DNA of 59,283 nt, filler included, from Jimgerdemannia flammicorona (GCA_003990765.1; 2 parts of 2 records of this genome joined end to end with filler, not necessarily neighbours in it), one strand, 5' to 3'; positions 36,501-50,956 are shown, counted from the whole stretch's first letter. Notes: a model not told the origin generated them from the sequence alone. Numbers and translations: made by a program.

Positions 36501-39369
36501 ATATCTAGGCCCATCCCCACTCCCCCTGAAATATCCCCATCCTAGCAACCCACAATGATCCGACCATAGACACCATTCTATCTCCAGCAATTTTCAAACA
36601 TCCAAGCCCCAGCAGCTAGCTGTCATAATTCAGTCAATCTTTGTTCCCAGACCCCCTGCCCAATGTGTGTACACTCTCCTATCTCCCCAATACTCCCTAC
36701 CCACATCCACCAGAGCACTAAGCCTTTCCACTTCTTCCCATGCCACCAGCCCTCCACTCCTAGTCTCAGCTCCCTAGCCACCATCTATTCTATTCAACCA
36801 CACATTCTGGACTATATTGAAATCACCACCAAGTATATCCACTCCAGCTTCTGCAAGAACCCCACTTTCCTAGAGACCCCTCACCCAATCCATATACTCA
36901 CCCTATACTACAGAGCAGTAACAGGAGTCCACCATGATCAGCTCCCAACCTGTATGTATCTATTTACCCCAGACCAGTCTATCCCCCCAGCTCCTCACAT
37001 CCCATATCTCCCCTCTGCCTTTCCAGACCAGAATTCCCACCTTGCTCTTCCAAACTACCTCTCCTCCCCATTCCTTCATCCAATCTAGACTATCCAAGTC
37101 AACTTCACACCAGACATCCTGCAATAGAAAGAGATTGGCCTCCAATCCCTTCAGCTAAGTAAAAATATTCTTATATCAAAAAGTACTCCTCAGCCCATTC
37201 ATGTTTAAAAAAAAATGTTGGTTGTACTATTCATAATAAAGTATGATATGTTATCCAGTCCATTCCTACTGCTCTATGTTTCTCTCTTTCTGTGCCAAGT
37301 TCAGATGATGTTCTGCAGTCACCTCCTCCTCCTCAGCTCTCTGAGCCTCCAATCCAGCCAACAGCTTATTCATCTCCCCATCTGCCTTCTTCTCAAACTC
37401 TTCCAAGTACTCCAGGCAGGCCTCCTGCCAGGACTGCAATCCATGACATTTGGTCCAGCAGTATTCAGCCCTTTTGCCAGCAATGCCTGCCAATTCTATC
37501 TCTCGCTCCTCATCTACCTCATACCCTTCCTCATCCAAATATACTACAAGAATTTCTGTCTTCAATGCCAACACCACTCCATCCCCTACAGGATGCTTGC
37601 CCAATGCTCATCACTCATTACTCTCAGGTCCATCTTCCCCAACTTGTCAGCTACTAGGTTATTCATCATTTGACATATCCAAAGTAGGTTCCCCTCCTCC
37701 TTCCCTCCAGGAGTTGCTGGCCTCCCTCCATCCAGCATTGTGGTATCAGCTCCAGTACTTGCAGACTCATCCCACACCTCAGGGACATCCACCAGGTCCT
37801 CCTCTCCAACTGCCACCCCTTGGCCCCCGTTCACCACCTCTGGAACTCCAAATTGAACTCACTGGGCCCCCCACATAGGCACATCCTCCTCCACCCTGCT
37901 TCAGGAAGCTGGACCACATCTGATAAGTGGGGTAGGGGTAGGTGAGGCTTCCCCATCCTCCTCCCAGACCTCAAATATACCATCAGCATAAAGGTTATTG
38001 CTAGTTACCTCCCTGTCCTCTCCAGTCCCCTTCTCAGTGCTCCCACCACCCTCATCTGTCCAGACACTTGCTTTAGTACCTGCCATCTCTACCATCCCTC
38101 TTGCATTCTTCTGGGGCTTCCCCTCCAGCTTTGCCAGCAGCTCCTTCTGTCTCTTGCAACCCTGAGCCCTTTCCCACTGCCCCTTATCTACATGAATCTG
38201 CTTCCCATCCACTACCTCCAGGTGTATGGACTCTACAAATGCATTCTAAACCTTTGCCCTCCATTCTACAGTATCACTCAGCTCTTCCAGTGCCTCCAAT
38301 AAGTCCTCTTCCTCCTCCTTACTCCACTTTACCCTCATCACCTTGCACAAGATCACCCCCCAGACCATCACTGAAGGCCAGTCCCTCACCTTCCAGGTAG
38401 CCTCCTTCCCTGCCAGCTGAATCCTCACATCAACATCCCCAGTCTGGAGTAAGGTCCCTTCCCAGACTCTAAAGCCAATGTCCACTACATCACCATACTC
38501 AGCCATAACCTCTTCTACTCTCCTTCTCATCTCTACTGCTGTCACCATAGGCACTCCTTTCACCAGCAATTGTATCACCCTGGGGTCTTACCTCAGACAA
38601 TGCATCATCAGAACACACACCTCCCCAATAGTCAATTTAATCTTCAGTGTCTCCTCCAAAGGCTCAGCCTCCTCAAAGCCCACCTCCACTCCCTCCAATT
38701 TCTTCAGAAGCTTTATGGATGTGCTCTAGCCACCTGTTTAATAATGAGTCCCAGCACCATTTTCACCATCACTGTTAGCCCCAGAAATACAGAGTAACCA
38801 CAAATGCTGAGATTGATTTTTTGAATAACAGAGTCACCACCAGGCCCATCATACTATCTGTCAAATCTCCTGATCTTTCAAGCCCTTGTCTCTCAGCCAT
38901 GCCATCAGCAGTCACATCTGGATTTTTTTCCAGATTGGCAGTCCCATCACCATCAGCCATCATACTCACCCCAGCTACTACACCCCCAGGTCCACTGCCC
39001 CCATCACTAAGGGCTACTCCCCTCTGTACTGCCATCTTCCCCACCTCCTTGCCTCTCCTCAGCCATCCCTCCAGCCCAGATACCTGCTGTCTCCCCTTCA
39101 CCATCTCTGTGAAGCTGGCCTTTCCAAACCTCTGTCTCCCACCACTTCTCTCTCCTATACTGTGTCCTCTTGCCAGCAACCCCCTCATACTTCTCTCCAG
39201 CCCAGGGCCTTATCCCACCTACTGCTAGTTGAACACACTTGGGCCCCCCTGCTCAGTATATACCTCATATTACCTGTCAGTCATCATGTTGCTAGTCACT
39301 TTCTCCAATAAACAATGTTGTAAGTACTTTCCAAAGATTGTGTAATCTGAATGGTACTGGAGAGAGGTG
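33453..39369 (-). mobile_element. Full-length L1/Tx1-like LINE (ORF1; ORF2 APE-RT-CCHC; poly(A)), degenerate
   Basis: A 14-bp TSD TTACTGACATATAG lies at 33439-33452 and 39370-39383, with poly(T) at 33453-33519. Motifs are APE NMNGLR (~37200), RT RRGVPQGDPLSPILY and AFADD (35100-35260), YLGI, and a Cys/His motif at ~34000-34080. Confidence 0.92.
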
Positions 39370-39383
39370 TTACTGACATATAG

Positions 39384-41917
39384 TTTACTATAAGACTTAT
39401 TTCTTTAGTGCATTGTTTGAATTTATATTCTAAAAGTGCTTTAGAGAGTGAATCTGTAATTATATACTCTAGAGAGAGATATTCCAAGTATATAGTCCCA
39501 TTTTCTATACACTCTCTTATATAATAGTATATACTATGTTTTGGAGTAATATATAGGATTCTTTACTATAGCAAATATTTTAATCATTCTGATAGATATA
39601 TATAGAGTTTTCTTTCTGATCAAAGTCTGGCTTCTTTAGTAATTTTTATAGTTAAAGAACTTTCTTTATTATAGTAAAAAGAGGTTTATATTCAGCCTGA
39701 GTAAAATAAGTTACTATAGAGAACTGTATATACTTATCATGAAACAATAAACTTATTGTCAATATGAAAAAGGTTTTCAGTTATATATTGATAATTATCT
39801 AAGTCTCTAGTCTAATTAGTATTGTATTTACTGAATAGTTATATACTATTATTCTTATTATTACTGATTCTGCTCAATCTGTCAAAGTTGAGTATATAGT
39901 ATGCTATATTTTTAAGATTTTAGAAATTCTTTAAATAGTACTCTAATATAAATTATTATAGAATAATAAGTACTATACTATCTTATTTTTAGTATATGAA
40001 ATATTAGGTCTCATTTCTAATATAAGATATATAAGAGAACTAACTGCTTATTAATAGGAAATATTAGTTTAGTTTTTCTCTTATATATAGTATCAGACTT
40101 CCTTAACTCTATCAAGTTTCTATATAGGTGTTTAGTGACTTATATTTACTTATATTAAATTATTTGAAGATAACTTATATATAAGCTAACTGTAAGAGAT
40201 ATATAGTAGATATATCTAATAAATATCCTCAAAAGAAAATATATATCCTCTATATTGTTCATCTTAAATTTCTTATACAGGTCTTTTTTAACTCTACTAA
40301 GTCTGCTCTTTATTATAATAATAATTATATTATCAATTCAAATATCAATAAAAATCATTCTATTGGTATAATATTGAATATATATATAGTTATCTGCTTC
40401 ACAATATATAAAGCTATTGTTAAGGAGATATTTATCAATTTTCAGTTCTATAAATAGACTACTTGCCTAATATTAGATAATTTTTTATATAGTTTACATA
40501 CTAGGTTATTCTGGCTATCATATCCTTGTAGCTGATAAATTATAACTCTATATCTATATTACTATTGAGAAAAGTTATCTTTACATCTATCTGATGGATC
40601 TTCAGATTTTATATAAAGCTAATTGCAAAAAGTATTCTTAGCAATATAAGCTTAAATATGGGTATAAATATCTTATTATAGTTAATACTATAATCTTGCA
40701 AATAACTTTTAGGAATGAAATATACTTTATATTACTATATAATCTATTGTTCATATGCTTAATCATATATACCCAATATGATCTAATTGCTTGATGGTTT
40801 GACAGAAGAGGTACTAGATCATATATATTAATCTCAATAAGTAAATTATACTATTTATCTTAGCTTACTTCCATCTCTTATTATCAGAAGTTATTATTTC
40901 ATTATATATGCTTGACTCATTAGAAGTTATAATAAAAATATACTTATATATCTTAGTATAGCTCATATAGTTCTTATTTGAGATAATTTTGGTATGTATT
41001 AATAACTTTTTAAATGGATATGAGTTTCTGTGAATATTGAATTACTTTTACTTACTCTTTATAGAGAACTTCTCATTATAGTTAAAGGTCTCACCATTCT
41101 TGATTTTCATTATTCTTGGCTCAGAAAACTCTGGTTTATATAGTAGATAATTTTCAACTAACTATATTTGAAAAATATTTTTCTTTATTTCTAGAGAGAT
41201 TAGTACTGATTGCTATATTAGTGCTAGCTGAGATATTGAAGTAGAGGTTCTAATAGATACATCTATGATAGGTTTCTAATTTCCTTTTTTATTAAACTAT
41301 ATATCAATAAGATTACTATATAATGTTTACATCAATCTCAAAATTGAAGTAAGTTATAAATGAAGTTCAAACTACAGCAAAGTGGTATGAACTATACAAT
41401 ATTCATTTCAGTAATACAGTCTTGCAATTTACCATAGCAATATTCATTTCAGGAGCACAGTTATACAATTCACCCTAGCTCAGTTTCACTCATAGGCTTT
41501 GCTCCCCTTTCAGTCTAATTTAGTCCAGTTTCAATAGATCAGTTTCACCAGCTTGAACACACTTCCTTTCTTCAGTACTCATTACTTTATCTTCAAGCAT
41601 ACTCTTCATTAAGTAGATATTTCTATTATATTTTTATATCTTCAATCGATTTTTACACATCTCTTTCACCCATCTCTTTTGGAATAAATAGGTAAATGGC
41701 CCCTTCACATATATATGCAAATGGTAGACCTTAAAAAGCCCAAACTGATATCTGGTCTTTTTGTATTCTGGTTTTTGCTTAATATTTTCAATTACTCCTT
41801 TTCACTATACTTTCATTTATTTTATAATCCATATACCATATATTTACTCTATATACTCTGCAAACTCTCACATATAAGATACTTTATATATATTGCTGAA
41901 ATATTAATAAAATATAT
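39384..41917 (-). pseudogene. Heavily mutated Ty1/copia RT-RNase H
   Basis: The minus strand shows ...ITDSLSKAL (ADxLTKxL) at ~39440 and a decayed YVDD-type motif at ~40330. The sequence is continuous with 49266+ across the family B insertion. Confidence 0.65.
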
Positions 41918-44900
41918 TGTGACAAACTAAAATGTATCTCCTAAATTATAACTTAGCCAGATGAAATGAACAATTAGTATCTTAGTCAGATGATGTGAAC
42001 ACATAGTATAGTAATCAGATACAGCAACCATTGCCACAAAAAACTGTATAAATAGCCAGACTACCAGATAAGATATATCTATGTAAGATCTGTACATATA
42101 TACTAGACTTGAACACCTACCATAGATAGCAATCTATAATTAGCAATATAGTAACCAGATAGCAACTACAACTGTATGAAATACTTCAGAGATAAGAGTG
42201 AATAAACCTCAGTTCTGAAAAACAAAGCAAAAGACAAGTCTACCTACTATACTTTGAGAGATATGTCTGCCAAAAGACACTTAATCCTGGAAGGATTGCA
42301 ACACTTAAGAGAAATGCCTGCTCTACAGCCATTACTAGGAGATTGTGAGCCTTACCCCTTTCCCACTCTAGTCTACTTTCTGATATAAAGCCTTTGTTTA
42401 CTTGCCAGACTAAGCCTGAAGAATCTGAGTTTATCACCAAGTTTAAGGAAGAACTTTGCCATCTTTTGAGAAGTCTGCCACTTAAAGAATAAGCCACTAT
42501 GTTAGATAAGCCTGAAGAAATACACCAAGTTCAAGGAAGACTTTGTCACCTTTTGAGTTATTCACTGCCTTTTGAAGAGAAACCCACGTTCCCAGAGAGC
42601 CCTATTCTTACCACAAGCCAGTCTGTTGATGCAACTTTGCAGTAGAGCTAGTCTATTGATATAACTCTATACAAATAAAGCCAGTCTTGATGTAACTTGC
42701 CAAGAACCTGAGTTATTATTCCCAGCAAGTCAATTTAGGAAGAATCTGTACTATTCAAGTTATTTTCCAGAAGCCAGCTGATTCAGGAAGAGTTTGTATT
42801 ATCTGTCATTTTTAAGTCATCTGTATTCCTAGAGAACCACTGATTCAGGAAGAATCTACAACAACTGAGTTATTAGTTTATTCTCAGTGAGCCTGAAACA
42901 GACTAGTATAATTCCCAGTAAGCTGCCATTTCAGGGAAGCCATATTATACAAGATGGTTACACCAGAAATTATATACTCTTAGAGATCATCATGCTATAC
43001 AGAGATCACCATACTATACAAGATTGTTACATCAGAAATCACATACTTTTGGCAACTGCTCAAACTATATACGAAATTCTACCAATTCCCAGTTGACACA
43101 AGAAGGAAACCCATTCACACACAAATCACCACTATATCCAGAGAACCATCCCAATAAGGAAATCCAGTGAAATCGACCATTGTATCCAGAACTTGACTAT
43201 TATATCACTAAACACCAACAAGGAACTCAGGAATCTTGGAACATTTTATTGCTTTTTGATAAAGTAACTGGGGGCTCAAGCCAAACTACACCAACCCCCA
43301 ACCTTGTAATTTGCCTCCATTGAGCCAGGCATATTATATTTAGGGGTTTAACTGGGAAAGGTTCTTAATATTGATGTGACTTTTCAGCTCACATAAACCC
43401 ACAGTCAAACTGGATATATTTAATACAATACCAATCTCTGTCACCACAAGAGAACAAGTTATCACCAGCATTTGGATAGGAAGAGAAGTAATTACCTCAA
43501 GACTTACTAACTACCCAGTATCATAAGAATCCCAACCAGAAACTAGAACAGCCCAAAATTCTCAACTAGAGTAACTAGATAATACAGGTGGCCCTGTTGG
43601 ACAACTTGAAGAACTTGTACAAGAACTAGAAGATCTTATTACATAAGCCCAAGATCTTACAGCCAGACATCCCATATCAGTCCCACTAATCTCATCTATA
43701 GAACCTTTACCACTAGCTCTTGCAGAATTGGAAGTAGCTCCTACAAGAATACCTAGACTCATTTCACTTTATCTAATGTCCAGAACACCATCCTGAAGAT
43801 ACCCAAGCACTCCCATCTCTAGTGACAGTTCAGAAAGTAAATCAGAGTCAGAATCCGGATCAGTATCCAGACCAGAACCAGAATTAGCAGAAAGTGATAA
43901 TGAAATGGCCACATCACTGCCAACTTTTGCAGGATATCTGGAGGAAGACTCTAGGGAATTCCTTGATGGGATTGAAGGAATTGCAGCCCTGAGGAATCTC
44001 TTGGATAAAAGAAAAATTGACATCTACAAGGCCCAGCTTAAAGAAACAGTCAGAGGAATTTTCCACTGAATAGCAAATGACCCACATTCAGAACTGATGA
44101 GACAGATACAAGCAGCAGCATCTTATAAGCTAGAATATATAACCATGGTCCACTGGCTCATTGAAAAATATGCAGGAATGAAACCTGCCAAAAGCCTCAA
44201 GAATCCATCATGGAGATGAAGATAAATCTTGGAGAATTGCCCAGAGCTTTCTTCACAAGAATCCAGAAGTGAATGCATGCTGCTAGGTTTAATGCCACCA
44301 ACCAAGACATCATAGGACCAATGACCTTCATGAATGGGATTCCCCTGAATATTGCCCAGCATGTCCACACTCTAGGCATCAGAAGGTCTGAAGAGCAAGT
44401 AGATGTAGCCCAAGAATTCTTTAATATCAGACAAGGAACTATCTGGAGTGATCATGATATGAAAGAAGATAAAGAAGACAATCTGGTCAAAGCCACAAGG
44501 ACTCCTTCAAGGACAAGAGGGATCCAAAGAAAGAAGGCCAGCCAAAGAAGGAAATTAGGACAGGAGTGAAATACAAGACCACAGCTCCAAATTGGACTAA
44601 TTGGTTGGACAGATTGAAAATCTCACTACATGTAAAAATTGGAGTTACTAAGACAACAGAGGATACCAACCACAGAGGAGTCAAGGTTATCTACCAAGAG
44701 ATAATAGGAACTATTAGCAAGAAGAAAGAAGATACTCTGTCCAAGACAGAGCCCAAGTCCAATGCTTCCACTGTAGACAATTTGGACACTATGCTACTGA
44801 ATGTAACAACAAAGTAACCAAAGGGATTCAGAACCATCAAACTGAAGAAATGACACTCAGTACAAGAAGACTGAAGGTCATCCTGTTGAGGATTTCAAGA

Positions 44901-47900
44901 AAGAAAGCAGCAGTGAAGACTATAGTGATCTAGACTTATACCCTACCAAGGTTACTATCCAAAAAACAGTTTACCCAGTAGAGAAGAGGAAGAGACCTGT
45001 ATGAAGGCCATCCAGGAACACCAGCAGACGAATCATCTAAGAAGAAGATGAAGAATATGAAGAAGAGCAAGTAGAAACACCTCCCCAGACTCCTTCACCT
45101 TTTGTTCCTAAGACAAATGAGTTACCACCAGAGGATGAAGAAATGGAACAAGAAAAACGGAAACCTGCTGCCCCAAAGCCCAAGAAGATGTACACCCCAA
45201 AGACCATACCTAGAGACATCTACAATGAAGCCTGGCAGAAGATTCAAGAAGCCAAGATGGAGGTCTCCCTTCTGCAGTTCCTACAACTGATATCAGCAGG
45301 AGTCTGAAACAAATTATAGAGGACCACCAGGTCTAGCACTGGCTGAGTTCCAATCCTACTGCAAGAGCCAGCTCCCATAGCTATTCAGACTACAGAGAGA
45401 TATGTCAGTACCTACATACATAGAGACATCAGAGGACAAAAGGAGAATATCCTTATAGATACAGGAGCAGCTGTCTGTATTATTGCCAAATAATTCCTGG
45501 ACACCCTCCAATGGCCCATTGATGGACCATCCAACCTCAGCATCATAGTAGCAGATAGAGCCTGAACTCAACCCCTTGGAGAAGTATGAAACATCACTAT
45601 CTCTCTCAGACATATTCAGTTCTCCATCCTGAAAGCTATTGTCACTAAAGCTGTCACCTATGATATAATTCTTGGTACCAACTGAAAGAAGGAAATGAAT
45701 GCAGTTGTTGATATTGGTCAACAAGTACTCAAGTTTGGCTACCAAGGTAAGAAGTACAGAGTTAAGATGACTAGTTATGAGCAATCAAAGAAGAAGAAGA
45801 AGGTTATCATCCAGGAGAAATATGCCAGCAGTGAAGAATCCACTATAGAAGAAGAAGAAGAATCTGAAGATAGAAATGATCCCAGACTCAATCCCCAAAT
45901 TAACCTAGTAGATGACAGACCAGAAGACAATGTATGGGCCAAGAACACTATCTCCATTACCATTGGAGCTATTGCAGGAGAAATCAAAGGTTGCCCCACC
46001 TGCCTTAAGAGACACAAGTGCCCTGAGCACTCCTCCAAGATCATTGAGACAAGATATTCGCCTGACACAGCCTACCCTAAGTGCAGAAGAAAGAAGAAGA
46101 AATGCAGAAATATTTCAGAAACACCTGCAGCTGAAACTGCAGAAGTACAAGCAATTTGGAGTCAAGAATTATCTGAGAAAGAAGAAGCTCTAGACCAAGA
46201 AGTTGCTGAACAAGAAGTACCTGAAGAAGAAGATGTCTCCAAACTCATTCTATAGAATAACCCTCACTAGACACCACCTGAAGATAATGACCCTTGGAAT
46301 ATGGAAAAAGGACCCAGCACAATCTCCATTATTTCCAAGAAAGAAACTCACCAAGAAAGGACTTTTTGGCTAGGAAGATGTCCACACCAAATGATCTTCC
46401 ACTCTTCCCAAGACTACTGCTATCAGTGCCATCTATGAGACCAATAGGAGATACAGAGACCCCAGAGACCAGAACTCCGAAATATAGTCACACAGTCAAC
46501 TACCTTTCAAGAGGTTACCACCAAGTTGCAAAGTCAATTCAGAGGACAAGATCTCTTCACCCAAACTGAAGTATACCTCTTATCTACTCTTCTCCTAACT
46601 TATAACCAAGATGGATACTAATTCCCAAGATAACAAGAAATCAACAATAAGGAAAATCATTTCCAAGCAATGGAATATTGTAACTATAAAAGACACCCAG
46701 ATTGGTAAGACTGCAGATATCAGAAGATCCACCTCAGTCCTGATGTTGCAATCTACACATTGAAGAGAGAAGATAATAGAGGCCAGATCTGAAAAAGCCA
46801 GACCAAGAAGCCAGAAAGAAGGACACTCAAGATCTACAATTTAGGTGAAGACATCCTAGCTCTCATCAGACATACCACCTGCCAAGGATGGGCAGAAGAT
46901 GTCACCAACTGCATGGAAACCCTAGACCTTACAGGAAGAAGAGGAATCAACTATTTCCAAGATCTCTCTACTGGATCCAGATGGCTACACCTCAATCTCA
47001 GAACCTGGAGACTCTCTACTAGTAGAGCTTCAGCCCAAGAACAGCCTGAACTCAGTAAGAATATTGCTCAGTATGCCCTGCTACATCCCAAGGCCAAACC
47101 CCCAACCAAAGCTCTCCCAGATGATATAGGATATAATCTTCACAGTCTAGAGGATAAATCCATCAAGTATGGAAAAACATTTATGATCAGAATGAGGCTA
47201 GCCATACAGCCACCTCAAGGAACCTACATATAATTGACCTCAAGGTCTGGACTTGCCAGATAAGGAATAACTGTAGAAGGAGGAACTATTGGCCCAGGAT
47301 ATATGTGTAAAATCAAGGTCATCCTACACAATAGCAGTGTAGAATGGCACTGAAGCATTAGGGACAGACGATTGCCCAAGCAGTCTTCATGAAGGTCAAA
47401 ATCCCACAATTATAAGAAGTCTCCAAACTGACTGAAGGAACAAGACAAGCCAAAGAATTTGGAAGTTGAGATAAGAGAGAAGTATATCTCCTTCAAGTCA
47501 ACCACCTTAAGAGGAATGTCCCCCAGCAGGTATACTGCCAACCAGTCAAACTATACAAGAACCTCATCCTGGAACCTGGAGAACAAACCACCTTTAGAAT
47601 CTTTGCATCACCCAACCCTAGAAATCTCTTCTTTGAACCCAATGAAGATATCACACACCTGGACATAGAAGGACACACCTTTCTTAATAAGATGAACTTA
47701 GTGCACTCCTGAGCAACCACAGATGATGAAGATGATAGAACAGATATTGATGCAGAGGATGCTTACCCACACTGGGATGATGACTAAAGGACAGTCTGAG
47801 GACAGACCATCTTTTAGTGGGAGCTGATGTGATAAACCAAAATGTGCCACCTGAATTATAACTTAGCCAGATAATATGAACAATTAGTAAATTAGCCAGA

Positions 47901-49265
47901 TGATGTGAACACATAGCATAGTAACCAGACACAGCTACCATTGCTGTGGAAATCTGTATAAATAGCCTGACTATCAGATAAGGTATATCCATGTAAGACC
48001 TGCACACCTATGCTAAACTTGCACACCTGTACTAGACTTGCACACCTGTGCTAGACTTGCATACCTGCCATAGATAATAACTATATAAAATACCCCAGAG
48101 ACAAGAGTGAATAAACCTCAGTTCTGAAATACAAAGCTAAAGACAAGTCTGCCTACTATACTTTGAGAGATATGCCTGCCAAAAGCCACTAAATCCAAGA
48201 AGGATTACAATACTTAGAAGAAATTCTTGCTCTATAGCTACTACTAGGAGATTGTGAGCTTTGCCCCTTTTCCACTCTGGTCTACTTTCTGATACAAAGC
48301 CTTGGTTTACTTGCCAGACTAAGCCCAAAGAATCCGAGTTTACCACTAAGTTTAAGGAAGAACTTTGCTGTCTTTTGAGAAGTCGACTACTTAAGAAATA
48401 AGCTGTTACATTTTTGGTTCACTTGCCAGATAAGCCTGAAGAAATCTGCCAAGTTCCAGAAAGAACTTCACTGCCTTTTGAGTTATTCACCACTTTAAAG
48501 AGTAACCCACATTCTCAGAGAGCTCTATTCTTGCCACAAGTGAGTATATTGACACAACTTTGCAATAGAGCCAGTCTAACAATATAACTCCACACAAATG
48601 AAGCCAGTCTTGATATAACTTGCCAAGAACCTGAGTCATAATTCCCAGCAAGCCAATTCAGGAAGAATCCACACTATCCAAGTTATTTCCCATAAGTCTG
48701 CTGATTCAGGAAGAGTCTACATCATCCACTGTTTTCAAGTTATCTGCATTCTTAGAGAACCACTGATTCATGAAGAATCCGTGACATCTGAGTTATTCAT
48801 TTGTTCCCAGTAAGCCTGGAACAGATAAATCTACTGCCAGTATAATTTTCAGTTAGCTTCTGTTACAAGGAAGCCATACTATATAAGATCAGAAATTGCA
48901 TACTTTTGGAAATTGTTATGCTACACAGAGATCACCATACTACACAAGAATGTCACACTAGAAATCACATACTTTTGGCAACTGCTCATGCTACAAATGA
49001 AATTCTACCAATTCTCAGTTGACCCAAGAAGGAAACTCATTTATATACAAATTGCCACTATATCCAGAGAACTATCCCAATAAGGAAACTCAGTGAAATC
49101 GACCATTGTATCCAGAACTTGACTATTATACCACTAAATACCAATAAGGACCTCAGAAATCTTGGAACATTTGGTTACTTTTTTGGCAAAGTAACTGGGG
49201 GCTGAAGCCAAACTACACTAATCCCCAACCTTGTAATTTGCCTCCATTGAGCCTGGCACATTATA
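41918..49265 (+). mobile_element. Family B LTR element copy 2, complete and non-autonomous (LTR-gag-protease-Cys/acidic region-dUTPase-LTR)
   Basis: LTRs at 41918-43338 and 47828-49265, with a probable 4-bp TSD ATAT. It has a knuckle QCFHCRQFGHYATEC (~44760), protease ILIDTGAAVC (~45450), dUTPase and a PPT agtgggagctga. No RT, RNase H or integrase motifs were found. Confidence 0.9.
47069..47466 (+). pseudogene. dUTPase domain of family B copy 2
   Basis: Reads DIGYNLHS, TSRSGLA, EGGTIGPGY.C.IKVILHN, IAQAVF and RQAK.FG, matching motifs I-V. Confidence 0.9.
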
Positions 49266-49596
49266 ATATACTTGCTGGCTTTTGGCTTGAACTTCTACAG
49301 ATTGATAATATTTTATTGAGAATATATATATCATAATTATCTAAATATATGAATGCAATATATCAGACTTTATTCTATTTCGTAACTCTTTTGAAATAAG
49401 ATTATGATTATTTCTGGAATACTTATTATCATTATCAGATTTCTTACTTAATGCTTAAGATATATATTAGTTGCATATATATATCATTATACTGATGGCT
49501 TTAGCTCAATAAGAATATGATAATCTAGCCACATTATATCATTTTTACCATTTCCATAGCTATATAGTTAAATTGCTTAGTTATATCATTCTGCTA
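49266..49596 (-). pseudogene. Ty1/copia integrase core and downstream SH3-like remnant
   Basis: The minus strand reads QNDITKQFN (decayed QNGxAERxN) and KFKPKASK (KLxPKA motif), which continues on the other side of the family B copy. Confidence 0.6.
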
Positions 49597-49678
49597 TAGC
49601 AAAGTGTCCTGCGCATGAGGAGGCTAATGTAAGATGAATAGTGTTCTATATAAAATGAATCTAATGTGAGACATTGGT

Positions 49679-50956
49679 TTAGCTCAAAGGAAGCATATGC
49701 TTCTGAAGGCCTGCCAATTGCATTCGTATACAAAGAGGCCCTAGTAGTGAATGAGCATTGTGGTAAGACCGAGGACGTGGCCGACGAGCCTGATGAGGTA
49801 TTACAAGCCAGTCTGTGAGCAGAGAGAGGATGTGTGTACGTTTTTCGAGTGGGAGGCTGATTGTCATGTTGGGGGCATCGAGGAGAAAGCCCATGTACTT
49901 GATAGTTGGTGTGGGAGGTATATCCTTGACTGCTTTGAGGGGAAGACCAAAGCGAGCAGCGACCGAGTGAAACCGCAAATATGTAGACTGAGCAGTAGAG
50001 GGTGATGCAATATAGATAAAGTCATCCACGAAGTAGCCCAAATTGGGAAGATTATACTGCTGAATACAAATCCACATGAACAAATCCATCAGAGATATGA
50101 ATATTAATGGTGCCAAGCAAAGACCGAATGGAAGGAATATGTCAAGGAAGAAAAGGCCGAGCCAGCAGATGCCTTTCATAGCCCAGTCAGACTGGTGGAC
50201 GGGGATTGTGCGAAAGGCTTCAGCAACATCTGCCTTCCAAAATAGAGCTGTGGTGCCAAGTGCGAGGAGTAGCTGGAGGATGGACTGGATCGACTGGTAC
50301 TGAATTGAAAACTCCTCTGGGTTGATGCCATCATTTATAGAGACTCCCTCTGGAAAGGACAGGTGTTGAATGGTACGAAGTTTGGTAGAGTTCTTTTTTG
50401 GGACAACTCCTAGGGGAGCATTGCGAAAGGGATGAAACTCAGTTGGTAATGCAGAGAGAGATGAAAAGGGTCCTAAGTAGTGACCGGCTTGAAGTTCGGC
50501 AAGAATGTTGGCAGAAAGGATGTTGTGATGTTGGTAAGCTGATGCCAGATTGTCAGATATATAGTCGATATGAAGCTCAGGATGGGAGTGATTGCCGTGA
50601 AGGTAACCCTGACATAGGCCTGTTAAGTGGTACTGAATGAGAAGTTGGTCTGGATGAGTGTGAAGTGCTTGTTGCCACTCCCCAAGGTGGTATGGACACA
50701 CTGGGGGGTCAGACGGGGGTGGGGTCATGAGATTAGCCATGGTGAATAGAGCACTCTGTGCCTGGATGAGAGCTATAGCAGAACAAGCAGACATGGGGGT
50801 GGCCACAATTGCTGTAGCAGCCAGAGCTATTGTAGTTGCGACAGATAGAACTGGCTGCACTGTCTGAGGAGAGAGTATCATCCAGTTTGATGGGGAATGT
50901 AGGTCACGTGAGAGGGGTTTGGGTGCAAGAGGTCGACGCATGCCCCCGCACCCCAC
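49679..50956 (-). CDS. DIRS/Ngaro-like reverse transcriptase, open reading frame truncated before RNase H
   Basis: Motifs PLGVVPKK...KLRTIQHLSFP..SINDGI, KADVAEAFR, LPFGL..AP.IF, YFVDDF and YMGFLLD. The start codon is uncertain. Confidence 0.85.
   Translation of the reverse strand: MGCGGMRRPLAPKPLSRDLHSPSNWMILSPQTVQPVLSVATTIALAATAIVATPMSACSAIALIQAQSALFTMANLMTPPPSDPPVCPYHLGEWQQALHTHPDQLLIQYHLTGLCQGYLHGNHSHPELHIDYISDNLASAYQHHNILSANILAELQAGHYLGPFSSLSALPTEFHPFRNAPLGVVPKKNSTKLRTIQHLSFPEGVSINDGINPEEFSIQYQSIQSILQLLLALGTTALFWKADVAEAFRTIPVHQSDWAMKGICWLGLFFLDIFLPFGLCLAPLIFISLMDLFMWICIQQYNLPNLGYFVDDFIYIASPSTAQSTYLRFHSVAARFGLPLKAVKDIPPTPTIKYMGFLLDAPNMTISLPLEKRTHILSLLTDWLVIPHQARRPRPRSYHNAHSLLGPLCIRMQLAGLQKHMLPLS

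Noticed and set aside
37215..39311. Numerous Pro/Ser-rich plus-strand ORFs
   Set aside because: They are antisense to the G-rich LINE ORF1.
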